A stretch of 64,000 bases of DNA from Azolla caroliniana (lineage: Eukaryota > Plantae > Polypodiophyta), in assembly GCA_043228905.1 (NCBI GenBank), contig JBHGNT010000016.1:4774001-4838000 (forward strand). The letters run 5' to 3'. The first letter of the stretch is position 1, and each line of letters starts with the position of its first letter. Under the pieces are notes generated by a model. The model had not been told where the DNA came from, searched no databases, and saw only the letters and a program-made list of their open reading frames with translations. This document shows positions 1 to 15,500 of this stretch, piece by piece. A program made the position numbers and the translations under genes.

Positions 1-1060
1 ATTTTTGCTTTTAATGTCTATTATTATAGTGTCACATCCTAGGTAGGTCATCATCATCCTATTCTTTACTTTTTTATATACAAAAGGAGACACTTGGATG
101 CTTCTTGTTGGTTTACAAATATATCTAAGACTGTTGACAAAGCTTATTCAAAGGTAGACATGTAATCCTCAAGATCTCATGCTTGCTTAGAAATTAGCAA
201 ATCTGGTCTGTTGGCTAAGCATTATGCTAAAATCTCACAATTCTTTAATTACCTTAGAACATCTACCTTTACTTTCCAACGATTCTTCTATGGCCCTATT
301 GTGACTTTCAAGCACTATCATTGAATGTTAATCTTCATTAGACATGCAACACATCACCAATAGAAAGGGGGGGTTCTAATCTAGCCTACGTATGTAGGTT
401 GCTTAGATACAAATTTCATTTAAAAACTTTAGAGATTATAGAGAATGCTTTAAACTTAGAACTCCAATGAAACTAAACTAAATGCAAGTGGAGAGGAGGA
501 TTAAATTTTAGGGTTTTAAACTTTTAAGAATATTAGGGTTATATTGTTGAGGATAGTGAGAATATTTGGGGTTAGGGATTAAGGCTAAGATTTGGGACTA
601 GGGTTAAGTATAGTGAAAAGTAGTCTTGAATCATTAGGCCATAAAAGGAATTAAAAAAGATAACATAATGAGGAATGAGAATGGAAAAAAAACTAATTAA
701 CACAACAGGTGATAGAAAGCTAGAAACTTATTAATTAACCAAACAAGTTAATTAATGCAACATTAAAAGTAAAAATAAACTAAACAAGTCAACAAATGGA
801 AGAGAGGAAGAGCAAGAGAAATAGCCAAATATTTTAGGAACGTTAACTTATAGGGACAAATGCATTTCACCTTGAACATCGAGAGTCACTACTCACTTTC
901 ACATCTATTACTTTACTTGAACATGCTATATTTTTTGGTCTCATAAGTCATATTTGACATCCAAAGACAACAATAAAATCTCTCTCTCTCTCTTTATCGT
1001 AATTAGCTTACCCCAATGGTAAGTCATTTACACTATTAGCACTACATCTTGGGTTTGAAA

Positions 1061-1440
1061 CCCAATATTCTCACCTCCCTATTACTCCATAGATATATCT
1101 TATTTCACTTGATGCCACTATGGAATGTTGGGATTGAACCTATGACCACCTGGTCTACATTGGGCAACCAACTCATCTCTCTCTCTCTCTCTCTCTTACC
1201 ACCAACATGTCCCCAATATTCTCACCTCTCTATTCCTCCATAGATATCTCTTATTTCACTTGATGCCAGTATGGAATGTTGGTCTCCACTCTCTCTCTTA
1301 CCACCAACATATCCCCAATATTCTCACCTCTCTATTACTCCATAGATATCTCTTATTTCACTTGATGCCACTATGGAATGTTGGGATTGAACCTATTACC
1401 ATCTGATCTACATTGGGCAACCTTACCAACTTATCAATCT
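1061..1440. repeat. Three degenerate tandem copies (~100-150 bp) with a pol III B-box-like motif; possible SINE remnant
   Basis: CCCAATATTCTCACCTC...GATGCCA(C/G)TATGGAATGTTGG recurs near 1061, 1212 and 1314; the minus strand reads GGTTCAATCCC in copies 1 and 3. Confidence 0.6.
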
Positions 1441-1590
1441 CTCTCTTACACCGACATGGCCAACCCCATCGAAGTTTTTGTCAAGTCATAGTATCGGTCG
1501 GAAATTTATTTGCTTTGACCTTGCATATATGCGTCTCGTGTCCGTCCTCGTGTGAAACGAACGGTACGCATATTCGAGGATGGCAATTGT

Positions 1591-1598
1591 TAGGGTTT
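1591..1598 (-). promoter_or_regulatory. Telo-box (AAACCCTA) upstream of the ribosomal protein gene
   Basis: TAGGGTTT ~150 bp before the ATG; telo-boxes are typical of plant translation-machinery genes; function not shown. Confidence 0.5.
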
Positions 1599-1702
1599 CC
1601 TCTTCGCCTTCTGCCTCCTTTGATTCATTGTTTCTTTCTGTAAGTAAGTAAATCGTCTTCTTGGGTAGGCTTCGCTTAAATTGTTGTCCCTTGCTGTGGT
1701 GA

Positions 1703-4155
<2,453 letters not shown>

Positions 4156-5299
4156 ATGTACTCTTGCACCATCTATAAGTCTTATGCAAGGATCTATAAG
4201 TCTTATTACCAGTTTTTTCCTCCTGGACTGCTTATGAGGCTTCATATTATTACTGTTAGTAATACATTTTGTTTTGAGTATTATTAATTCACATTCGTCG
4301 TGCTCACCAGAAAATTATAAAATTTAATGCAAGTGGGAATTCACAGATATTAAATAATCACGAAATTGTAGTAACTGAAGATAATTTGTGGATATAATAC
4401 TATTATGATGTTACTGAAAAGTACATATAGTGGAGTTTTTGCACTCATAATAATATATTATCTAATCCATGTAAGAACAGTTCCCCTATCAGGAGCTACA
4501 AATATGCAATTACTAGTAGTATTCATTGTTTAGTAATAATATCTGATACATGCAAGAACATTTCCTCTATCATGTGTTACTTATATGCGATTATGAGTTA
4601 CAAGGTGGCAGTAAGTTTTTTATGTTCATTTTTAATGCAACAGTCTGTCTTTTCTGGTAATCATTTCCATCTACACATTTGTATTGAAGTCGATGGATTC
4701 TTCTCCCTCTTACAGCAGTCAAGAAAAAGCAGCATGTGTTTTATTCAGTGTCGAGAGCTTATTGGGGTGTAATTGTGGCAGTAATAGTGAATGGGGGATG
4801 AACAGTGAATAAATTAGCTTTATTTACACAACTAGATGTCAACGTTAGTCATGATAAGTTGTATATGTTATGATAACCAAACTATCTGTGCCGGAGAGCA
4901 CTTCATTGAGAAAGATTAATGAGTATGCTTATTCTGTGATGTTGAATTAATGAGTATGCCAGGTGGTTGTATATACGGCATAGTATATAGCCATGATTTC
5001 AAGTTTTCAGGTTGATAAAACATATGATCCCCAAGAGAGAATTGGAGAATTTGACTTTGCAAATTGGTGAAAATGAAACCTGAAACATGGTTATGTAATG
5101 ATTTTATGTTGTACTAGTAATGTCATGGTCATTAAGCCGCATTTTCTTCTAAGTTCTCTCAGGTTGGCTTAGAGTACACAAACGAGTTCCCCTTTTTGAG
5201 AAATTGATATTAATTCCCTTGATCAGTTCTGAATATATTAACAAGCACTATCCTTGAACCACTTTTGCTAATTCCAGCTTTCATCCATGAGATCCTTTT

Positions 5300-5465
5300 G
5301 GAAAATAGTTTGGTTTTAAATGGTTTGGTTTCAACTTTTTCTTAAATGGTTTGGTTTAAATATTGAGAGTTCATAAACGGTTTGGTTTGGTTTTTGTTTT
5401 AAATAAACAGTTTGGTTTCGGTTTCGTTTCGTTTCTTTGCCTTGAAATCGAACTGCACCCATTGC
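5300..5465. repeat. GGTTT/AAACC-rich non-autonomous repeat fragment
   Basis: Dense TGGTTT/CGGTTT motifs; the right end reverse-complements to CAATGGGTGCAGTTCG, resembling CAATGGTTCAGTTCGG at ~55914. Confidence 0.4.
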
Positions 5466-8400
5466 TAATAACAATCAACATTTCTTTGTTGTCTTCTTCA
5501 TCATCTTCTCTCTTCCTTCTTTCTTTTATCTTGTTACCATTTACTTCATCATCATCCTTTCTTTCATCTTCATTCTTTGGTTGGTTAGCCCATTCATGAT
5601 TTTATTGCTATCTTCATCGTCTAGTGTCGCAATTGCTATTGTTGTGGATTGTTATCATCATCTCACCATCTATGTTGTTGTGGCTCGCCATCCAATGGGC
5701 GAGCCACCCAATGGGAATTCTACCTTCATCTTGAGTGCATCGTCATCTTCATTGTGATAGGGTCACCATCATCAACATTGCTAGCATTCATGTATTATGT
5801 TGAGCCATCACGTGATGCCTTTGCTAATTGACACACTTTGACTCCATCACCATCTTGCTATGTAGTTTTTGAGTGTTAGAAATGGAACTCTAAGAGCTCA
5901 CCACCCTCCAACTAGGGTTGGGAAAAGGGAGAAACCAAGAAGGTAGAGATATGAATTCCTGATTGGTTACATCCTAAACGAGAAGGCTTCTCTAATAACC
6001 TCTTTTGGTCAAAGATAAAATTTTATAGGATTTTACAAACTCTTACAAATTGGTTTCAAATTGGAACAATTCTCTCTAGTTGCATAATTGATTTGATTGC
6101 CATTGTGTAAAACCAACAAGAACTTTGTATTTGGATTCTTATCAATTTTTAGTTAAAAACCATATTCATTGAAGTTTTAGCTACTAATACCTTTCGGATT
6201 GTGAAGTGTCATAAGGACCCTCAAACAATTAGTATAACATTCAACACGTGTATGCTTTCTAATATTAAACTGACATCCAACATGTTTTGGGTTTTAATGG
6301 TATTCTAATGATGTGATTTGTCATTATGACATGATGAAAATAAAAAATAAGAAAGCAAATCTTATCCACGTTTTTAAATTTGAGGAATATATTCATGAAG
6401 AGTAATTATTCCAATATGTGGACTAGTGTTTGTTATACTTATGTGTCCAATCTAGTGTTAGTCAATGGTATCTAGCATTTATGTGGCTCAAAATGCAAAT
6501 GTTACAGTTTTTAAGGGCCGAGTAGAATTTATAGCCTCAGCGTGGCCTAAATGTGTTGACATTAACCAGTGTTATGCCCGACAAATCTACACAAATTCTC
6601 ACAATGAGTATATGTAATGAGACAACCAAAGTATTTGACAAGAGGTAATTGGGCCAATTCTCATATATCTATATTAAGCTAGTTGTGAAATTTTGAGGGC
6701 AAGTGAAAGAGAGCCATGTTTGTTCAACAATATCTTTAAAAAAATATCAAGTACCTTCAAAAGGCATCTTAAGATATTCACCTATCGTGATCACATTTGG
6801 TTCCTTCTTTTGTAAGACAACTTGGCATTTAACTAAAAGTTGCACTAATGTAGTAGTAAGACCTCAATTAATTAAATCAAGAAAAGTCATTGATTGGTTG
6901 AAAATTTGTGTACACATTTTCTTCGTGGTTATGTATAAAATTCAATATAAATTGCTATTCAATGCATGATAAAATATTTGAAACCACCCAGTAACATTCT
7001 TTTATTTAGCTTGAAAATAGAGTTTACAGTGAATGCATGTAAGAAACATGACAAAAAGGTTTATTACAAAATTTCGATTAACTAATTATTTTTCTTGATT
7101 CGATTCTCAATTAAAATAGTCGTTTATATTTTGCATTATGATAGAATAAATTGACAATTAATGAATGTGTATTTTCTTCAAAGTTATAACCTCCAATTCG
7201 CTACATGGTTGTTAACATAAAATGTGAAAGGTTTGGAGTGTTCCGCTTGTATTCTCTCAACAACCTATAAGCTTGGTTCGAACTTATGACAATTACTAGT
7301 TAATGTGGCATAAAAGCAATGAATTAATATGTGAATCTCATGGAAGATTGTAAAAGAATGAACATGTTCCATCAAATAAGAGAAAATCACATCGAGATGC
7401 AAAACCATTGAGTGGAAGTTGATCGCGTATAGGACTTATGAGCCTTCAAGCTTCAAGCTCAATATTTGTCCCTTGTTGCAACTTCAAAGAACCAACAAAA
7501 ATTATTCAACCATATCCTCGTTGGCATAGATGTTTTCATTTGGATAACCCACATCTAAACAAGATTTTGAGGTGACTGCACAAGTCTACCTTCAAACTTA
7601 ACATTGAAATATGTTAATTAAACAATAGAGACATAGCAGCTATTAAATGTGATGAGCACCAAGTTCATGTTGGTATTTTTCATCGAAGACATTGTTTATG
7701 AACTATTTATGTAGTAAAATTATGACTCGTAGGAAAAAACTAGGTGTGTTGGTCACTTTCAATCACTTTCACAATGAGAACCTCGCCATTTCTTTTATCA
7801 GATACGTAGTGGAAATGAAAATATCATGTGAGCTTCAGACAAAAAACTGTGCAAAGTGATGTCCTTAATCCATTCAATAGAGAAAAGAATTGTTGCTTCC
7901 AAAAAGTAAAAAGCATACTTTTGAGCTCCAAATATCCAAACATTTATGTATAGGTGTGTATGATTCACACATGATTGCAAGTGCATGATCATACCATTTT
8001 ACAAATACATAGTTTGCATCAATGATTGGATATCATAATTTTAAGTGCTAATGAAGGAAGGCAAAGAGAGAGAGAGAGAGAGATGGTTCTTTGACATAGT
8101 GCAATCTCACAATTCCTTTTTACATTGTTTAAGAATATGAGATTTTCGACCATGTATCATCGAGATGTTAATAGGTATTGTGAGCCTACCTATGATAGGC
8201 AAAATATAATGTATCATGTAGCCATACCAAATGGAAATTTGAAATGGCACATTTGTGATACCTAGAACAATACTTGTTCTACTACGTTGATAGTTATAGA
8301 GAACATAATTAAGTCCACGATGGTGATCCAACACAAGTCCATGTCGCCATGTGGTCTTGGGGGGTAAGAGATCAAGAGCAGTAAGTTGGGCTTACAAAAA

Positions 8401-9223
8401 GACTTTTTCTTCATCCAATCAAAATGCTTGCTAAGTCGAGATGTTTCCCCCAGACTTGTGCGTGTACATGTGTCGAGAAACCCTAGTTACATATGAACAC
8501 AAATCTCTAGAGACACTTTAATCTGTCAATTCAATTAGAAAAAGGGATGTCGACTTTTCTTTCGCCAAAATGCTTGCCAGGCGATACGTTCCACTTGATT
8601 CAGGTAAAAAGGGATTTCAGTCTTCTTTCATCGAAATGCTTACTAGTCGAGAGGTTCTCCTCGGATTTTGCGAGTGTGCGTGCATATGTCGAGAAACCCT
8701 AGTTTTTATACGAATGAACAAACATAAACGGATACAAGTTACAACTTAGTAGGATGAAGAAAGAGTGAGGATTGGCTTGAGGTCCCGTCCTCGTTAAGAA
8801 ATCCCAGGGAGCATATATGTATAATGTATATGTATAGGGAGCATATATGTATAATGTATATGTATTGGGAGCATATATTAACAATGTGAAATGGGGGAGA
8901 CAGAAAACAAGGAAAAAGAAAGAGAAAAAAGCCTTCCTTTCCTTCGATGATTTAGTTAAAAAGGATCGAAAAGGAGGCGGAGAAGGAGAAGAGCCATGTT
9001 TAGGAGGCAATTAAAGAAGGCCACGAGTCTCTCCTTTTTAACTTCTCTTTCTCTTTGAAGGAAATTCTCAGAGAGACAGAGACAGCGAGAGAGAGGGAGG
9101 GAGGGAGGGAGTGAGAGAGAATCAAAGAAGCAATCAAGTGAACCATCAAACAAACAATCAATCAATCTAGAAGATATCCACGGACACAATCGAATCCACC
9201 ATTATATCCGATTTCGATCAATC

Positions 9224-11295
9224 ATGAAGGCATTGATATTAGTGGGAGGTTTCGGCACTCGACTCCGCCCCCTCACACTGAGCTTCCCCAAACCTTTAGT
9301 TGATTTCGCCAATAAGCCCATGATCCTCCATCAGGTACAAAGATGGAAAGGAACAATGATTTTCTATGAATTATTTCTTCTCTGTTCTTCTTTTTGGTAC
9401 CCAAGCATGCGTGGTGATTAATGCTCTGTTATTTAGTTTTTGTTTTCCATGTAAATTTTACTCTGCTCCTTTGTTGTTTTTCTTACAAGATTGAGGCTCT
9501 AAAGGCGATGGGTGTGGACGAAGTGGTGCTTGCCATCAATTATCAACCTGAGGTATAATGAGGCTATTTCTTTATATGTATATGTGTGTGTGTGCTTATG
9601 TATGTATGTATATGTGTGTGTTTGTGTGCTTATGTATGTATGTATGTGTGTGTTTGTGTGCTTATGTATGTATGTATGTATGTATGTATGTATGTGTGTG
9701 TGTGTGTGCTTATGTATGTATGTATGTATGTATGTATGTATGTGTGTGTGTGTGCGCTTATGTATGTATGTATGCATGTATATGAGTATTGGATCTGTAC
9801 TTGGTGTTTTTCTGTCTGACTTGGCTTGAGTCTCCATGGAATATGTGTGCAAGAGAGACATCAGATCTTTGATCTTATCTCTTGAAGTCATCATAATACA
9901 TGCTTCTATTAATGTTCGGGATGACTACATATTTCGTTATCAATGTTGTATATGCGACGTTGTTATGGATGCCGTTGTAGACATGGTAACTAATCATCGG
10001 CTTTTCCTTGATTAAGCATTGCATCTATTGGAGCTCGATGTTTTGCTTAATCCGACTCAATGTGTTAATTTAATTTGTTGATGACTTTGATCCATCAAAG
10101 TCATTCTTTCTTCCCATTCATGGTGTTTCCCTATGAGTATGTACAGGTTATGATGGGATTCTTGAAGGAATTTGAAGAGAAGCTCGAGATCAAAATCGTG
10201 TGTTCTCGTGAATATGAGCCGATGGGCACTGCAGGCCCTCTGGCATTGGCCAGGGACAAGCTTCTTGATGGGTCAGGCGATCCCTTCTTCGTTCTCAACA
10301 GTGATGTGATTAGCGAGTACCCCCTTAGGCAAATGATGGAGTTTCACAAGTCTCATGGTGGCGAGGCCTCGATCATGGTCACCAAGGTGCACTCTCCTAT
10401 TTAATCATGTCCCTTCTATAATAATGGGTCTTAGGCCGATAATTAGCTGAATGTGAACCATAAGTAGGCCTTCGGTCAACTGAATGTGAACACCATTATT
10501 GTAAAATGTTAATTAACCAATATATATTGTGTTTATTACAACATTTGAGATCCATTATTTTCTTCTTTCCTCAGTTTATAAGTAGGAGACCATGAATATG
10601 ATTTATGTGCTCTGGCCTTATAGGTGGATGAGCCATCAAAGTATGGCGTGGTGGTTATGGACGAGAGCACGGGTCAAGTGCGGCGCTTTGTTGAGAAGCC
10701 TCAAACATTTGTCGGGAACAAGATCAATGCGGGGATCTACCTCCTCAATCCGGAGGTCTTGGATCGGATTGAGCTCCGCCCTACATCCATTGAGAAAGAA
10801 GTATTCCCCAACATTGCGAAGGAGAACAAACTCTATGCCATGGTCCTACCTGGATTTTGGATGGATGTCGGCCAACCTAAAGACTATATAGCCGGTTTGC
10901 ATCTATACTTGGATTCGTTGAGGAAAAACCGCCCGGAAAAGCTATCGGAAGGGCCTCATATAGTAGGGAATGTGCTTGTAGATGAGAGTGCCCAAATTGG
11001 AGATGATTGCCTTATTGGGCCGGATGTTTCGATAGGACAAGGTTGTGTAATTGAGGCAGGTGTGAGGCTCTCTAGGTGTACTATCATGAAGGGTGTGAGG
11101 GTGAAGAAGCATGCTTGCATTTCGGGAAGCATTGTCGGATGGCACTCGACAATTGGGCAATGGTCTAGGGTTGAAAATATGACAGTTTTAGGCGAAGATG
11201 TGCATCTCTCAGACGAGGTCTACAGCAATGGTGGGGTGGTTTTGCCACACAAGGAGATCAAGACAAGCATCCTCAAACCTGAGATTGTTCTGTGA
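9224..11295 (+). CDS. VTC1: GDP-mannose pyrophosphorylase (mannose-1-phosphate guanylyltransferase), 361 aa; exons 9224-9334, 9490-9552, 10147-10386, 10624-11295
   Basis: [38 protein letters not shown]-terminus, [30 protein letters not shown]-terminal hexapeptide repeats; exon total 1086 nt; GT-AG introns. Confidence 0.97.
9572..9785. repeat. Compound (TATG)n/(TG)n microsatellite in intron 2 of the GMP gene
   Basis: Direct reading; repeated GCTTATGTATGTATG...TGTGTGT units. Confidence 0.95.
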
Positions 11296-14099
11296 GTTGT
11301 GATAGAACCCCCCCCCCCCCCATCCCATCGACCGTGGCTGTTGTACCCTTGTTATTTTTTCATTCTTTTACGTCGTGTTGCATTACTTAAAATTAACAGG
11401 ATTTAGAGGAAGTATAAGTAGGCCTAATGTAGATAGTGCAATGGCATGAAATAATCTCAAGTCGATGTTTGTATGGGGAAGCTTTGGTAGCCTCTTTCTA
11501 ATTGGATCTATCCATTTTGGGTTGACATGTTTGGTGCTAATGAATATCTAGAATTTGCTTTCCAAACCATTTATGTTTCTTGACAATGAAGCATGTCACC
11601 ATTCGTAATTTGTAATTGGTTCTTTTAATCTACATGCATTGATATGCTTCATTGAAACACTCACAATGTTGTTAAATTGTGTGTATGCCATAGAAAGAGA
11701 CCTTGGATCTTGTGCTAAAAAGAAGAGTGTCATGATGGATTATCCCCTAAAAGTTTTTGCTCACAATAGGACAAGATATTAGCATTAGAAGATGCATTTA
11801 AAAACAATGTACAATTGTCGCTCTAGTTGTCACTACACGTGATGTTCATGGAAAATTTTGCCATTCTAAATTATGATACATGGAAATCATGTGTATGTTG
11901 GTGTATAAAATCTTATGCTAAAGTAGATGTATGTATGTTTGGATAAAATCTTATGCTAAAAGTAGATGTATATATGTTGGTGTAATAAAATTTTATTATG
12001 TTCGTTCAATAATTGTATAATTAACTTATGATAAAGCTTTTTCTCCACGCTATCTTTCCATCCCAATATCAAGGCCTCCAAGTGAAACAACCAAGGCTGC
12101 CCCTTGTATGATCTCTTGATTTATCAATCAGGTACATTTCTGAGATATGATTGATTATATAACAATTTTCTTATTCGTAGCCTTACCAACGGAAAGTAGG
12201 AATTGGATGCGATATCCCTAAAGACGGAAGATCCTCCCATTTCTATGGGTTCTACTAATGGAGTTCCCTCATCAAATTAATACTTAATACACACGAATGT
12301 AAAGTTATATTTTTCTAATTCATATGAACAAAGCAAAGGTGATAGAAAAGTATCTTTAGTCTTTCTTTGATGTAAAATTAAACATGTCATACAAATAGTC
12401 TACTACTAATTATAATAAACTATGATCACTTGATTAGACATGTTCAATATTCTCCAAGTATAGATGTTTTCATATTTGCACACAATCCCATTATTTTCTT
12501 AGAATATCACTACTCTTGTCGTGTACGTGGTTAACACTTCAATCCTCTTTGCAAATGAGATTATCTCATGTGGTCAACTTGTTCCATCCAAATATTTGTA
12601 TTTTTACATTCTATATGTGTCTATATGCATTCATATCTTTATGTTGGTTTGCAATGTCATATGCAACAAACAAAATGGTTGCAATACGGAGGGTCAAATG
12701 ACTTAAAGCTATGAATATCTTAATGGAGGTCACTCTACATAATATTGCTCTTACAACTTATAAGAGAAGTGAACATGCCAAAGAAACGATTCTTCAACAA
12801 TGGACTCATTTGGAAACAACAATGTTATTACAACAAATCACTAATTATATTAAATTACAATTTCACTCTCATCGGCATGTTTTTCTAGTTATTTGGCACT
12901 ATAGCTCAAGTTCATTTTCTAATCAACCTTTAGCCATTTTGTTTTGCATGGATCATAACGTGTACTTTGTGGATGATATGGATATCCATGACCTGTTGCA
13001 CCATGCTCAAACCTATTTCCTTAGAATTCTTTGGTTTTAATTTGGGCAATCTTCACAATCTCAACTTAAAATATAATGAAGTGCATATATGTATAGCACA
13101 TCACGTCTCTCACATTGCATCCATATTAAATAGGTGCTTAGAAGAGAATGAATGGGAGGTAGAATGATTATGCCACAATCTTGTGAATGTTGGTTGAAAT
13201 CTTTTGAAGCCATGGAGAATGAAGAGAGTTGCTTGTCCTTGATACTTGAGGAAGAAAATGTCATCAATATTTACATTGAACTAAAACTCTCCCTCATTGA
13301 CTCAAACACATACCCAACACTAGAAAAGGTGTTCCATTTATGCATATGTTTGTACATGTAACTTAGACTTTGATTTATTAGAAATGTGCATATGCTTTTG
13401 TGTGAGTGTGGGAGTGCATATGAGCATGTCTATGCGACATGTGCATGTATACGTTATGAGTTTGACAAAAGAGAAGCAAAGTGCTCAACAATAGAGAAAT
13501 GGAGAAACCCCCTACTAATGTACCCCTTCCCAAAACACCTTTATTTTCAATATTCAATAAATAACATTTCTATCTTAAGCTGCAATACAACTACAACATG
13601 GCATAACTCGCATATGTTGTTCCTTGATGAGCTTTTGTTGAGGAATGATTTATCATAAGGATGTTTTTTTTTGTTTGTAGAATTTAATGGTATTTTGATA
13701 TTATATAGACACTTGAACAATTTATCTTTTATCGTTTGTGTCCATGGACAACATCATTAATCTCTTTTTTTATTTTGTAATGTTTCTTTTGTGATGGGTC
13801 ACTATAGGCACTAAATAGCTACATATTCTGCTATAGACTTGTAAACATCAAATAAACTCTTTTCGAAGTATTGCTTGAAGTCAACATACAATGAACTTAT
13901 CCCAATGTAGTGAACAATCTTCTAGAGAAAGAGTAGCTTTTAACTTAATTGTAGCCTTGATTTCCATTTGTAACTTCGCATGTTACGTCAAAAGGGGGGG
14001 GATTCCAAAGAAAATTGATATAATGCACATGAATATTCTTGTATTTCCTATTTTCGTTGACACACCGCATTTTAAGTGGAAAAATAACATTTTATTCAT

Positions 14100-15239
14100 G
14101 TTTTAAGGAGTGCGGGAGGAAATACACAATCATATCTCCATCAAACTAAATAGCATCATTTTCACTTATAGTAACAACTGTATGAGTGGTAAGGAATCTT
14201 GGGCATAAAAATTTAGACTCCTCCACGCCCAAGACAAAAAGAAAAAAAATAGCTATTTAAAATGCCTTGTGGGCAATGTTGCACTTAAAGGCTCTTGAAA
14301 ATAAGGCAAATCTCTCCATAAGACACAAACTGTTAGTGGAAATATGTGAGAATGAGTGGGAGCATACACATTAATTCAGATGTGAGACACGATTCCTCTT
14401 TGTCAGCAAGACTTTGTCATACATGTTTACTTTATGGTAGTGCAGCTTTGCTAGGGGATTTTCGACTAATTGTGGAGATTTTTGGCCCTATCCATGCCAT
14501 TCTTGATACATAGTGTAGCAAAAAGTCTCATTTGCAGGGGGATCCACTATCTCATCATGAAACAAATCTAATGCATCTCATAATCCAAATAATTTCTTCA
14601 TATGTTGCATTCACTTGGAACTCAAACCTGTGCTTCAATAACAACTACAAATTAGTAGCGTTCAATAATCTTCAAAACAAGTTCTAGCACTATATTGTGT
14701 ATCTTGAAGAGTCAATGCTCACACATACTAGTTGATGAGATCTATTCTATGCCTCAATGACTTTAACCACTATATGACAAGAACACGTTGATACTCTAAA
14801 AGAATTAGTGGGATCCCTACATGGGTCCTTCGTGGGTGAAGCAAAAAAGCCATGATTTCCTCTCTTCCTGGGGAACTCTTTCATTTTCCTCTGTTGAGAC
14901 GTGATACACTTCCTTTGACACCAACTTTTCAAAGTGGATCTAAATAATTATTTGTTCTTCAATTTACGACTTTTAGGTGTAAATGGTATCATATATTTGA
15001 TTCACATGATGGAGAATATCTACTATTACAAAGAGGTGAATATATTGTCAATACAATTACCCTTAGATAGACATTCTTTAAAATTAGGCCATGCAAACAA
15101 TATGATGATTTTTGTACCCAACATATGACTTTTTTTATTGTCCTCAAAGTTCAAATATGATGTAGGGGACTAGGGTGAAACACTCTCAAGTAGTATATGT
15201 GAAGTTAATACAAAACCATATTCTATTTAGAAAAAGAGA

Positions 15240-15287
<48 letters not shown>

Positions 15288-15437
15288 ATTATCGTCTTCC
15301 AAGAATATTACATTTCACGTGATACATGTGAAAGTGAGTAGTGACTCTCGATGTTTAAGAACTTTATCAATGATTGTTGCAATCGAGAGTGCGCATTGTG
15401 GTTGTGAGAGAAATTCGTGCAAGGATTGGGCTCGGTT

Positions 15438-15440
<3 letters not shown>
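14100..15440 (-). mobile_element. Highly decayed non-LTR retroelement fragment; boundaries approximate
   Basis: 15135-15180 and 15310-15440 align by eye with 51541-51590 and 51880-52010, which lie in a decayed LINE-like tract. Confidence 0.35.

Positions 15441-15497
<57 letters not shown>

Positions 15498-15500
<3 letters not shown>

Noticed and set aside
8996-9058. Short upstream ORF before the GMP gene
   Set aside because: TSS unknown and no conservation evidence; the known ascorbate-responsive uORF belongs to VTC2/GGP, not VTC1
9499-9894. ORFs rich in YVCM/HTYI (also 56340-56893)
   Set aside because: Translations of compound microsatellites, intronic or upstream; not genes
11900-14100. 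Short AT-rich ORFs in intergenic DNA (also 5900-8300, 62900-64000)
   Set aside because: No recognisable motifs or splice-consistent gene model; probably decayed repeats
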